DNA of 64,000 bases from a virus. The first letter of the stretch is position 1. Every line of letters begins with the position of its first letter. The position numbers and the translations under genes are program-made. The notes under the pieces are model-generated. The model was given only the letters and a program-made list of their open reading frames with translations. It was not told the DNA's origin and ran no database searches. Shown here piece after piece: positions 1 through 8,993 of this stretch. The stretch is taken from IMG/VR virus record IMGVR_UViG_3300024348_000001, positions 32,001-96,000 of that record; one strand, given 5' to 3'.

Positions 1-130
1 TTAAATTTCCTCTTATCGACTTTGTGACGGAGTAGGCATCGCTGCCCGAACCTACTTGCAGTAAGAACAATGTGGCGCTGTGCCAATTGATCTGTCTTCC
101 CTTGTAAATAATCGATCGTAACTTTGTCAT
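1..130 (-). CDS. Partial hypothetical protein running off the window edge
   Basis: ATG at 130-128 overlaps the TGA of the resolvase gene; frame stays open to position 1. Confidence 0.45.
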   Translation of the reverse strand, partial: MTKLRSIIYKGRQINWHSATLFLLQVGSGSDAYSVTKSIRGNL

Positions 131-681
131 CACGCACCATATACCTTTCTGCGTAAATACTCCGCCAGCAACAAACCCTCCGCGCGATTGTGATCAGCCT
201 TACGGGTAAGTTTGACGTTGGGGAACATGGCTGCGGCTTTCATGCGGCTGAATTCTTTATCCTTGCCCTGAAGCCCCATGTTCTTCTTCCATGAAATTGG
301 AGCTACGACTTCGTGGTAATAATCTAGCGCCGTAAAGAACAAAGACCACATGCCAAAACCAACACCTACACGAAAACCTGTGTAGGCATTGGCTCCTTTA
401 CCTTTGATCTGAACCTGCGCCTCTTCCACACAAACCCTGATCCGTTTACGCAAAGGATTGAAAGGCTTAAACAATTCGACGATAGCTCTGTGATCAAACA
501 GAGTTTTGGTTTTGGAAGAACCATCTAGTTTTTTGCCAGAGCGTTCCGTTTTGTATGTGGGTATGTCCACCACACACGCAAAGTTGCCACACAGAAATCC
601 AATGGCGCCTTCCGACCCGGGATCAATTCCCACAAAGATGAGTTCTTCGCTATTGGCGACACTTTTCAGAAACTCATCCAT
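130..681 (-). CDS. RuvC-like Holliday junction resolvase
   Basis: FVGIDPG, VCVEE, WKKNMGL and DHNRAEGLLLA motifs of phage RuvC-like resolvases. Confidence 0.85.
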   Translation of the reverse strand: MDEFLKSVANSEELIFVGIDPGSEGAIGFLCGNFACVVDIPTYKTERSGKKLDGSSKTKTLFDHRAIVELFKPFNPLRKRIRVCVEEAQVQIKGKGANAYTGFRVGVGFGMWSLFFTALDYYHEVVAPISWKKNMGLQGKDKEFSRMKAAAMFPNVKLTRKADHNRAEGLLLAEYLRRKVYGA

Positions 682-886
682 GTGTTGACTCGCTGTAAGT
701 GCTTATAAGTTTCGTCAGGTAATCCTGAGCTTTTTTCAGATCGTCTACACCGTTCTTATCCCTGTAACGCGCAATGTACTTAATGACATTGCCTTGCAGA
801 AAACCTTGAAACTGATCCTTTGTCATCCACGCTTCCATGGCATCCCACGGCTGAATTGATTTGTTGTAATGCTCAGGTGTCGCCAT
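674..886 (-). CDS. DUF3310-like phage protein
   Basis: PEHY..IQPWD..FLQGNVIKYIARY..KNGVDDLKKA; start reset to ATG 886 behind a GGAGGA RBS. Confidence 0.8.
   Translation of the reverse strand: MATPEHYNKSIQPWDAMEAWMTKDQFQGFLQGNVIKYIARYRDKNGVDDLKKAQDYLTKLISTYSESTHG
696..705 (-). promoter_or_regulatory. TAAGYACTTA motif (TAAGCACTTA variant)
   Basis: 14 nt upstream of the resolvase ATG. Confidence 0.5.
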
Positions 887-1100
887 GGTTATCCTCCGGA
901 TCAGCATCAAGGGAATCCCACAACAACAGGTCGTGGCGATATGGCTTGTATAGGTGATGCCTGTCCCTTTCCCGATGCAGATCAATTGCGCGTCTCAAGC
1001 GTTTGACTTCTGCCATCAGCCGCCGCGCAGATACTACTGTGTCTGTCGGCGTGCTGACGGTCAACATAGCTTCAATGATTCTCAATTCATTTTCAGTCAT
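873..1100 (-). CDS. Hypothetical protein
   Basis: Tightly packed ORF in the minus-strand run. Confidence 0.6.
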   Translation of the reverse strand: MTENELRIIEAMLTVSTPTDTVVSARRLMAEVKRLRRAIDLHRERDRHHLYKPYRHDLLLWDSLDADPEDNHGDT

Positions 1101-1329
1101 GAGGACACAGCAGGTCGCGCGCCCACTCCTGTACCATCATTTCGCCTTTTACCGTCACCGAACAGTTATCGACAATCGCTCCGCGCAATTCTTGAATGGT
1201 GTCAATTAACTTGGCAATGGCACAGGCAGAGTGCCGCAAGTGACATTCTTGCCAATGTGTTGCACCGTCGTTAGATTGCTTGTCCACGAAATTTAATTTC
1301 ATGAACACCAGATCTGCATCACTTAACAT
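1093..1329 (-). CDS. Hypothetical protein
   Basis: Tightly packed ORF abutting its neighbours. Confidence 0.6.
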   Translation of the reverse strand: MLSDADLVFMKLNFVDKQSNDGATHWQECHLRHSACAIAKLIDTIQELRGAIVDNCSVTVKGEMMVQEWARDLLCPHD

Positions 1330-1330
1330 T

Positions 1331-1564
1331 TCAATCCCTCACATACAAGCGTTTGCCGCGCACTTCGACAAAACAACTACCCACATTGCTGATCAATGTG
1401 CAGTACACCCGATACTTACGCTTGTCATTTGCAAACACCAACATCTTGTCAGTAGCTATTTTCCTGCCGTATCCCGAGGGAGACTGTCCGGGCCGTAGCC
1501 CTCCGGGTGAAACTCTTACTGGTTTTTCAATGAGCGTATAGTTCTCAGCATAAGTAATCATCAA
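1331..1564 (-). CDS. Conserved small phage protein
   Basis: PSGYGRKIAT...RVYC..SNVG pattern recalled from a widespread phage family of unknown function. Confidence 0.65.
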   Translation of the reverse strand: MMITYAENYTLIEKPVRVSPGGLRPGQSPSGYGRKIATDKMLVFANDKRKYRVYCTLISNVGSCFVEVRGKRLYVRD

Positions 1565-2388
1565 TTATTCCTTTGACCTCTGTAACGTGTTAGGGCGTCA
1601 GATCTAATAACCGCAGGCGAACCTGCATTAGGAGTTTCTGTCACAGTTTCCGGTACGAGCAATTGCCGAAATTTTTCCATCAAAATATGCACACAAAATG
1701 CGTCTACACTTGCATTGTGCATTTGTGATTTGTTGACGTGCTGATCAAAACCATATTTAACAAAACAATGTTCGCCTAAGTTTGATTTAAGCCCTTTTAT
1801 TCTAAGCGCATTTAATCGCATAAAGTAAGAACGTAATGTGTCAGCTGGCTTAGGAATTGTTACCGGTGTCGGCCCCAATCCATTAGCTTTCTCGATTCCG
1901 TTGGTGTCGATGATGCAGTTATCGTTAAACGTAACTTTGGGAAACTTGAACCTTTGAATGTTGTTAAGAAACATAGGTTCGTCAAAGGCGTAAATGTTGT
2001 GTCCGATGACAGGCACACCTTTGGATAGAAGCGTATTAATCATTTGCGCGTAAAACGTGAATACCTCTTCAGGTGGTTTACCTTCACGTTTCATGCGCTG
2101 GAAATCGAGGTGAAATTGCACTCCTCTTGCGGCCATGGCATTAGATACATTCTGTAACTTGCCTTCTATGGCGTCAGCGAGATCAGCTTGATGTTTAGTC
2201 CAGTCCACAATTGTTGTGAGCCTGTCCACCACTTCGCCGTTACGAACCAGACAGTGACCGAACTCCACAATCAAATCGTTCTGCAAATCTAGCCCTGTGG
2301 TTTCAACGTCGATGACGAAGTAATCACGTGGCCAGCCGCCTCCGTACAGTTTACGAAACTCAGCTGGCCAGTGATTAGCGATCATCAT
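1561..2388 (-). CDS. DEDDh 3'-5' exonuclease (Pol III epsilon-like)
   Basis: IDVETTG, GHNIYAFD and HNASVD motifs. Confidence 0.85.
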   Translation of the reverse strand: MMIANHWPAEFRKLYGGGWPRDYFVIDVETTGLDLQNDLIVEFGHCLVRNGEVVDRLTTIVDWTKHQADLADAIEGKLQNVSNAMAARGVQFHLDFQRMKREGKPPEEVFTFYAQMINTLLSKGVPVIGHNIYAFDEPMFLNNIQRFKFPKVTFNDNCIIDTNGIEKANGLGPTPVTIPKPADTLRSYFMRLNALRIKGLKSNLGEHCFVKYGFDQHVNKSQMHNASVDAFCVHILMEKFRQLLVPETVTETPNAGSPAVIRSDALTRYRGQRNN

Positions 2389-2906
2389 GCTCTCCGCGTT
2401 AAAATGTGAAACGCATCTTTAATCCGTTGCCATCCTACGTACAAACCTCGACGCCATTTAGGAATGGTCATGCGGCGGCTCAGATCACGACCATAGTTGG
2501 CCAATTCCTGATAATTTTCACACGGAGAATGCTCCGCAACGGAAGCTTCTCTTACCCCAGCCCAGTACACGCCTGAGATGACGGTACCGAGCAACGCCAT
2601 ATACAAAAACTGCGCAGGCTCTTCCACCTCAAACCAGCCAGACTCAGACAACGATTCCACCATAGACTTGGTCTTAGGATCTGCCGCAGCAGGCACGAAC
2701 TTGCAAAATGCAGCACAGGCCTGACCAAGTTGCTCATCCGTCACATTGAAGTGTTTCTTAAACGCCGTAAGACAGTTAGGGTTGTTTTCCAACTCCTCAA
2801 GCCTTTGCGCCACAACCATAGCAATGCTGCCGAAGTTGTGCGCTACGTCTCTCTCCGGACGGTATAAGCGCTTATCGTCTGCTGAGAACCGTGCCTGCAA
2901 TCCCAT
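2385..2906 (-). CDS. Hypothetical protein
   Basis: 173 aa ORF with 4-nt overlap to the next gene. Confidence 0.7.
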   Translation of the reverse strand: MGLQARFSADDKRLYRPERDVAHNFGSIAMVVAQRLEELENNPNCLTAFKKHFNVTDEQLGQACAAFCKFVPAAADPKTKSMVESLSESGWFEVEEPAQFLYMALLGTVISGVYWAGVREASVAEHSPCENYQELANYGRDLSRRMTIPKWRRGLYVGWQRIKDAFHILTRRA

Positions 2907-2907
2907 G

Positions 2908-3474
2908 TCAAACCTCCTGCTTCAAATCATCGATGTCATCGCCAAGAAAGAACTTTGCTTGTTCTTTTATATAATCACTTGGCAGGCATCCGTCTTTAGG
3001 TAATTCCTCAGAAAAGTACCGACAGTCCCAACCGGCAGCCTCGTCTCCCGTTACCAGCAAATTGTCTGAATCGTAATATGTGCCGTTTCCTGAAATTGTC
3101 GGTTCCGTCACGTAATTGGCTTCGCCATGCACGCCATGGACTAACAACTTGCCGCCGATTGTGATTGTGAACTTAGCGCCGGGCGGTATTTCACCCAAAT
3201 CTGAATACTGCTTTCGTGCACCGTCGTCTATCCCGGCATAAGTGAATCCGTAATCGTGACACTCTGGACCGTCGGGAGTTACCAATAACGCTGCGCCGTA
3301 CTCAGATTCCGCCAATTCATCCATGGCTTCATCTACACATTTTGCCTCTACCGCAAAATGTTCCGGGAAGAAACTATCGTCAATAGTCACGAGCCAGACA
3401 ATACCACCTGCACCCGGATTGATCGCTGTTGCTGTAATTGGCTGTCCGCGAAACTTACCTTCTGCACGTACCAT
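2908..3474 (-). CDS. Hypothetical acidic protein
   Basis: 188 aa ORF, 1 nt spacing on both sides. Confidence 0.7.
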   Translation of the reverse strand: MVRAEGKFRGQPITATAINPGAGGIVWLVTIDDSFFPEHFAVEAKCVDEAMDELAESEYGAALLVTPDGPECHDYGFTYAGIDDGARKQYSDLGEIPPGAKFTITIGGKLLVHGVHGEANYVTEPTISGNGTYYDSDNLLVTGDEAAGWDCRYFSEELPKDGCLPSDYIKEQAKFFLGDDIDDLKQEV

Positions 3475-3475
3475 G

Positions 3476-4306
3476 TCACTCTCCCTTAGGCTGAGCCAGT
3501 TCGTAAGGTGTTGTTCTCATGCCATATACTTCTGGCAAATCATCCACCGTACGAACCTTTGCGTCGCTAAACATATGTGGATACTTCTTGCTCAAAATCT
3601 CGTAGATTTGCGCAAAGACGTATCGGATTTCCCACTCTGCGTGAGCTGACGTGCGCATCTGGATCATGTGCCTCGCCGCCCTGACATTCATTGAAAACCC
3701 AATCTCGTTTGCAACGCCATTGGGTAGAAACATCCGACGCAACGCCGATGTTACTTTTTTCTTGTAATCGAACGACTGCTTGGGGTCGTTCAAATTCATG
3801 TCTTCGCACGCCATCCGATACTTCATCTCTAGATACTCAAGCGTCAACTCGATGTCGTGCTTGATGGGCGCCAAGATCGGATCCCACACAACCTTCAGCT
3901 TGTCTGTACGCACATACCTGCCAGACGTCTGACTGTATTCCGTACCGACGTGATGCCGTACTAACTCGTGCGTGAACACCCTACTACAGTTCGTAATGAC
4001 AAAGTTAAAATTCACGTGCCCGAAAACAGATCCATGCCCGTGAGCCAAGCACGCAGCAAGATTCGCCGGAATATCCCGCGTTTTATCGATGTTGTCATTC
4101 TTGCCGGGAGACAGCGAGGCATAGCACAGTTTCGCATAGAAGCTTACGAGGCATTCCGCTGGCGACAGTCCCAGCTCCAAGGCATGCCTGTATTGCTGGA
4201 TAAAGGCTTGATTGCCTGTGTCCTCCAGATACCTAATCAATTCCGTGTCGTTTACTTCTGTGAATCCCAACAAATACACAGATGGCGTAACAAACGGTGA
4301 TGGCAT
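3476..4306 (-). CDS. thyX: Flavin-dependent thymidylate synthase
   Basis: HGHGSVF, SRVFTHELVRHH..YSQTSGRY and AEWEIR motifs. Confidence 0.9.
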   Translation of the reverse strand: MPSPFVTPSVYLLGFTEVNDTELIRYLEDTGNQAFIQQYRHALELGLSPAECLVSFYAKLCYASLSPGKNDNIDKTRDIPANLAACLAHGHGSVFGHVNFNFVITNCSRVFTHELVRHHVGTEYSQTSGRYVRTDKLKVVWDPILAPIKHDIELTLEYLEMKYRMACEDMNLNDPKQSFDYKKKVTSALRRMFLPNGVANEIGFSMNVRAARHMIQMRTSAHAEWEIRYVFAQIYEILSKKYPHMFSDAKVRTVDDLPEVYGMRTTPYELAQPKGE

Positions 4307-4313
4307 AAAATCC

Positions 4314-5120
4314 TCACTTAAAAGCCACGGCTACGGGATACTTAGGAACAATATCGTCGCCAAACGTCAAATCAAAGTACGCCACGGTCAATCGGCGTGA
4401 AATATATTTACGCAAATTAGTTGTTAATTCAATACTTGTTACAACGTGTTGAGGACACATTACTTCAAACTCATCGCCTTGGTCCGTTGCGCATACAGCT
4501 ATAGCAAAACCAGCAAACTCACCACGTCCACTTTTTACATCCACAACGTTGTAACTTTTAGTTTTGGGTGTGTGCACTGCCAAGAAAAATACAGAATCGT
4601 TCGATTTGTATCCTTCTGCCGAATGCCGCAAATTAACTCCGGGATAGCCTAACAACAAACAACGCGATTGATAGTAGTTAAGGTCTTCCCGGTTACGAAT
4701 CTTGACCGTTTCCGCACACGTTACCAGTGATCCCGTAAAGGCATTGAGCTTTTTATATCTCTCAGAAAATGCGGCTGTGCTGATCTGATCGCACAATACA
4801 AATTGCACTTTCGTATTATCTGCCTTTAATTTCTTTAATCGCTTTTGCAATACAGTTTGCGCTATGCCGGTTTCTGTTAAAAATCCGTCTAGAATTGCAG
4901 TAGGTTCCTGTGTCAGCGGCCAATGCAATGCGCTGTTAATACGTGGTACTGTTGTGACCGGTGTCGCATCCATGGTCACTAACTGTACTTGATCGTTTTC
5001 AAGATATGCAAAACACCGTTCGCCCTGCAACATAGGCTGACCTAATGCGTTGTCCCATCGTACTTTAGATGCACAGTCTACATAATCGCGCGGAAGTGCA
5101 GGGCTTGGTATTTTTATCAT
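4314..5120 (-). CDS. ATP-dependent DNA ligase-like protein, apparently inactive
   Basis: Ligase layout (QPMLQGERC, LDGFL, OB-fold LTVAYFDLT..PKYPV) but KxDG is replaced by MLQG. Confidence 0.7.
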   Translation of the reverse strand: MIKIPSPALPRDYVDCASKVRWDNALGQPMLQGERCFAYLENDQVQLVTMDATPVTTVPRINSALHWPLTQEPTAILDGFLTETGIAQTVLQKRLKKLKADNTKVQFVLCDQISTAAFSERYKKLNAFTGSLVTCAETVKIRNREDLNYYQSRCLLLGYPGVNLRHSAEGYKSNDSVFFLAVHTPKTKSYNVVDVKSGRGEFAGFAIAVCATDQGDEFEVMCPQHVVTSIELTTNLRKYISRRLTVAYFDLTFGDDIVPKYPVAVAFK

Positions 5121-6028
5121 GAACTAGAATTCCTTGAACAATTGATGCATGCTGTTGCGGCAGCGCCATCGCTAAAATATGCTTGTGTATTACACGCCGG
5201 ACACAGTTTTACCGCATATGTCGTTGGATGACAACCCGCTCTGCATTCTTGATAGCCTATAGGACATGTGTGACATGCAAAATTATTTGCATACCCAGCA
5301 GGACACGCATACTTAGGATTGCGTCGAGCCCTGTAGCGCATTTGCTCTTTATTCCATTTCATCAAGTTTGGAATAGCAACAAGTTCTACAAACCTTAAAT
5401 TTTGTTCGGATTTGTCATAATCCACAAGCGCAGAAAACCGCATTGTCACCAGTTCTAACGGTCCTCTGTACAAAAATACTTCGCGTTTACGCATACTCGC
5501 AGGTAGCCGGCGATACAGCTTTAATTGACGCCATGCTATATACCGACAATACGATAACGGCCACCATGACGTGCTTGTCAACGTGCAAGGAAATCCTGCT
5601 AAAACTTTAAACGTAACGTCGTACCCTTCTACCTTTTTTGCATTAACACGCGCAGTCATTTCCATGATCTGCACAGGCACCCATTCCTTACCCTCAAGCC
5701 GCACGTAAGGACGTACGGCTTTGTTTTCCTTAAGCGTCCAACAGTTACCAAGCAACCGATGTATCAAATCTACAGCCAAAGACTCTGTCAGTTCCGTTCC
5801 AGCAAATGGGCGCAACGATTCCTGTATTGTGTCGTATTGCAATCCGGGCATACGGATTGCTAATGAGACCTGAGCAAAAATGTAATTCACAAATTGCTTG
5901 AATATGCTTCCCACAAGTTTTTGATTAGCAAATTTATGGTAAACATCTAAACCTATGCTATTCTTTTGCGCAATGATTTGTTCAACGTCGTAGCGTAATC
6001 GTGTTGTTTTTTCATTGCTCTCCGTCAT
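5117..6028 (-). CDS. Hypothetical protein with Cys-rich C-terminus
   Basis: 303 aa; C-x9-C-x2-C-x6-C-x3-C then CPAC...CINC. Confidence 0.7.
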   Translation of the reverse strand: MTESNEKTTRLRYDVEQIIAQKNSIGLDVYHKFANQKLVGSIFKQFVNYIFAQVSLAIRMPGLQYDTIQESLRPFAGTELTESLAVDLIHRLLGNCWTLKENKAVRPYVRLEGKEWVPVQIMEMTARVNAKKVEGYDVTFKVLAGFPCTLTSTSWWPLSYCRYIAWRQLKLYRRLPASMRKREVFLYRGPLELVTMRFSALVDYDKSEQNLRFVELVAIPNLMKWNKEQMRYRARRNPKYACPAGYANNFACHTCPIGYQECRAGCHPTTYAVKLCPACNTQAYFSDGAAATACINCSRNSSS

Positions 6029-6563
6029 CGATCAATTCCCCGTATGTGCCAGTTGAAACACCGGTACTTTCATTTACGACAACAATAGGTGTGGTATTTG
6101 TTAATCTAGGCAATTCCGGTGCGTAAATATGTTCGTACGAATAAGTAGCTGTAACATCTTCAGAAAAATCTTCAATTGCAGCGATTGTCAAATAGGATCG
6201 AATCAAATGGTACGGCTCATGCTCTGCGGTACCAACCCCATTTTTCTGTAACTGAGAAAACAATACACCCAACTCACTCCAGTCCCCACTTGTATTGAAG
6301 AAACGCGCGATTGCGTCACTTAGTAAATACAGTCGCTGCGCTTCGCCTCGTTGAAATTCGTTTGGTGCTGTCCAAAATCCCAAGGTAATTGTGCCGTGTT
6401 GTTCTTCCGTCATATCCAATAGTGGCACATACCGATCATCTAAACGCAAATTAAAATACACGCCAATAGAATTACCGTCATCAATTAACTTAACGACATA
6501 TCCGTCTCCGGGTTTTAACTTAGTTAGCGTTTTGGGCTTGTCGTCGTTTGACATTGTGTTCAT
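6012..6563 (-). CDS. Hypothetical protein
   Basis: 183 aa ORF in the operon. Confidence 0.65.
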   Translation of the reverse strand: MNTMSNDDKPKTLTKLKPGDGYVVKLIDDGNSIGVYFNLRLDDRYVPLLDMTEEQHGTITLGFWTAPNEFQRGEAQRLYLLSDAIARFFNTSGDWSELGVLFSQLQKNGVGTAEHEPYHLIRSYLTIAAIEDFSEDVTATYSYEHIYAPELPRLTNTTPIVVVNESTGVSTGTYGELIDDGEQ

Positions 6564-7050
6564 AAATTACCCTGTTTACTTCTGACCAGTAATATTTAAT
6601 TACAGCTTTCTTTGAAAACCCTTGTGCCGTTAACTCAAGCATAATTGCTTTTTGTTGCGCTGGTTCTGGATAAGCGTATTCCCATTTAGCTGCGGCGTTA
6701 CGCGCTTTTATATACAACTGTGCTACCACAGGATCGTTCTGTTCTAAAGTTAACGGTGTTTTATTGATTTTTTTGGCTGCATACGCTGCGTACTTTCTAG
6801 GTAACAAGTGCTTTAACTGCATGTCAATTATGGCTTGATCCGTCGTCAACGCTGTGACTACGCAATATTCTTTAAATTCGGTTGAATAACACACGGGAAA
6901 TATAATCCCGTGTGTTTGCTCTGAAAGCAAATAGCAATTTTTAGTATGTTTCCCGAAGGGAACCGCTTGTTCCACAGCTTCATAAATGGAAAGCTTAACG
7001 TCGGGAAAACGTTCGGCAAATCGATTCAATGCGTGAATAGAAATCAACAT
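6520..7050 (-). CDS. Hypothetical protein, possible BECR-like RNase fold at the N-terminus
   Basis: ISIHALNRFAERF ... CVVTAL pattern. Confidence 0.55.
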   Translation of the reverse strand: MLISIHALNRFAERFPDVKLSIYEAVEQAVPFGKHTKNCYLLSEQTHGIIFPVCYSTEFKEYCVVTALTTDQAIIDMQLKHLLPRKYAAYAAKKINKTPLTLEQNDPVVAQLYIKARNAAAKWEYAYPEPAQQKAIMLELTAQGFSKKAVIKYYWSEVNRVIYEHNVKRRQAQNAN

Positions 7051-7062
7051 GGATCGTCTCGC

Positions 7063-7815
7063 TTAAATGCGGGCAGCGATGTCCGCTATGATTGGATGGC
7101 GTACGATGTTTTCATCGCTAATATGAATTACAGCGACGCCCGGAACTTTACCGATTTTGTCAATAATGTCCATCATGGCGACCCGACCCACAAGGTCACT
7201 TTGTTTTGGATCGCCTGTGATGATCATTTTTGACCCTACTCCAATACGCGTAATAAACAATTTCAATTGCGCATAGGAACAGTTTTGCGCTTCGTCCAGA
7301 ATGCACACCGCATTCTTTAACGTACGCCCGCGCAAATAGGCAATTGGGGCAACCTCCACGCCCTTGTCAATATATTTACGTTGCGCGTTCTCTTTACCCA
7401 CCAGATCATCAAGTGCGTCGTACAACGGGAGCATGAAAGGATGTACTTTTTCCTCAAAGGATCCGGGTAAAAAACCTAAACGCTCGCCGGCTTCCACAAT
7501 AGGACGTGTGATAATAATTTTCTGGGTTTTATTTTCCAGCGCGCTATGAATAGCAAACGCCGTAGCCAGAAAACTTTTACCTGTACCGGCAGTACCTATC
7601 AAAAATACTACGTGATTTCGTGCAATTGTTTCCCAGCAAGAACGCTGAAAAGGGTTAAGGAATTCAAGACTAAATCCTTTTTTCTTTGTAACCTCCATTT
7701 CCATATGGTGTTCGGGTTCTGCCAGATCTTTACGCTGACGAACACGTCGTTTTGGCATGGGCAGGTTTCCGTGTCGCGGGTTAGCCTCAGTGTAAACCGT
7801 AGGCACGGAAACCAA
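7063..7815 (-). CDS. phoH: PhoH-family ATPase
   Basis: GTAGTGKS, ITRP, LGFLPG, YLRGRTL, ILDEAQN, GDPKQSD and RHPII motifs. Confidence 0.95.
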   Translation of the reverse strand: MVSVPTVYTEANPRHGNLPMPKRRVRQRKDLAEPEHHMEMEVTKKKGFSLEFLNPFQRSCWETIARNHVVFLIGTAGTGKSFLATAFAIHSALENKTQKIIITRPIVEAGERLGFLPGSFEEKVHPFMLPLYDALDDLVGKENAQRKYIDKGVEVAPIAYLRGRTLKNAVCILDEAQNCSYAQLKLFITRIGVGSKMIITGDPKQSDLVGRVAMMDIIDKIGKVPGVAVIHISDENIVRHPIIADIAARI

Positions 7816-7847
7816 AAATGTATTGAGATAAATATTTATTTGATCGT

Positions 7848-8210
7848 TTATTCAGGCTTCGCTGTTACAGCAAAACCTACGTAAAACCGCATTGTTTGTT
7901 CTTCTGTGTGCACTTGCTGGCCGATAAACAACAACACTTCTTCAAACTGTAAACGCGGCATGTCTTTGTTAAGCTGTCCCAGAAACTGGGTTGCCTTTTC
8001 CATTCCTGCCGCAAGTAGGTACTGCGGTTCAATCGATGGGACACGATAAGCGTGAATTGGAATGCGAGCGTATTCGCCTATCTGCGTATGCCACATTTCA
8101 TCGTTTGCCAAAGCAAACCATGCTTTTTTGTCTCGAGGAACCACCATGACAGGTTGTTCTTTTGTTTGCAGATATGGTTCGACATCAACCCAAACTACAC
8201 TGACGTACAT
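7848..8210 (-). CDS. Hypothetical protein
   Basis: 120 aa ORF in the run. Confidence 0.65.
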   Translation of the reverse strand: MYVSVVWVDVEPYLQTKEQPVMVVPRDKKAWFALANDEMWHTQIGEYARIPIHAYRVPSIEPQYLLAAGMEKATQFLGQLNKDMPRLQFEEVLLFIGQQVHTEEQTMRFYVGFAVTAKPE

Positions 8211-8992
8211 ATCTTAACCTCAGTTTGTTCACCGTTGGCGTAATGCTCAACAGTGTAGACAAAAGATTTGTAAGGACTAGAAATACCGTCGTACCACAGC
8301 GGCCGCATACTCAAACCACGGCGAGGTGCCCGAGATTCCCGGTGATGCTCGTCGGCGTTAATTGCTACGTGCGTATTGTAATGGAACAACCGGTAACTCT
8401 GTTGATAACACAGTTCACCCAGCACTGCATCTCCGCCATTGTGGTGCATATCTGGAAAAGGATAATCGTGTTTTTTTAGTAAATTTAAACGTGTCGCCCA
8501 CCAACCGCCTGTTGCAAATTTTATCGCATATCCCTGTGGCCATTCTTTATTTGTGTACCACGATTGATTTTTAATTACGCATCGTTGGTTGCCGTTCCAC
8601 ATACTTGTTAACCGATACACAGAACCAACCAAATCTGCGTTAATAAGATAAGTGCTTATGTCTTGCCAGAACGTACGCGGCGCTGATTCACGTATAAAAC
8701 TGTCATCGTCAAACCACATCACGTTACGTTGTTGCGGGTCTGCGTATCGCAACATCTGTCGCATCAACGGATATTTGCCAACGTTTTCATGATTGTCGGC
8801 CGCAAAAAGAAGCACGGGAATATTAAATCCCCGTGCTTCTTCCGTTAAATATTCTTGCACATCTTGCGTTACTGCGTTCATCCCTATGCGTAATTCCGAT
8901 ACGCCGGGATATTGCGCACATCGTTTAATTGATGTCAAACAACGCGCAATCAAATCACGATGTTCGCCGTAACACAAGACGCATACAAGCAT
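8195..8992 (-). CDS. GT-A fold (GT2-like) glycosyltransferase
   Basis: VLCYG, KYPLMR, WFDDD and HNGGD motifs; paralog of the C-terminal domain of 55229..57154; start reset to ATG 8992. Confidence 0.7.
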   Translation of the reverse strand: MLVCVLCYGEHRDLIARCLTSIKRCAQYPGVSELRIGMNAVTQDVQEYLTEEARGFNIPVLLFAADNHENVGKYPLMRQMLRYADPQQRNVMWFDDDSFIRESAPRTFWQDISTYLINADLVGSVYRLTSMWNGNQRCVIKNQSWYTNKEWPQGYAIKFATGGWWATRLNLLKKHDYPFPDMHHNGGDAVLGELCYQQSYRLFHYNTHVAINADEHHRESRAPRRGLSMRPLWYDGISSPYKSFVYTVEHYANGEQTEVKICTSV

Positions 8993-8993
8993 G

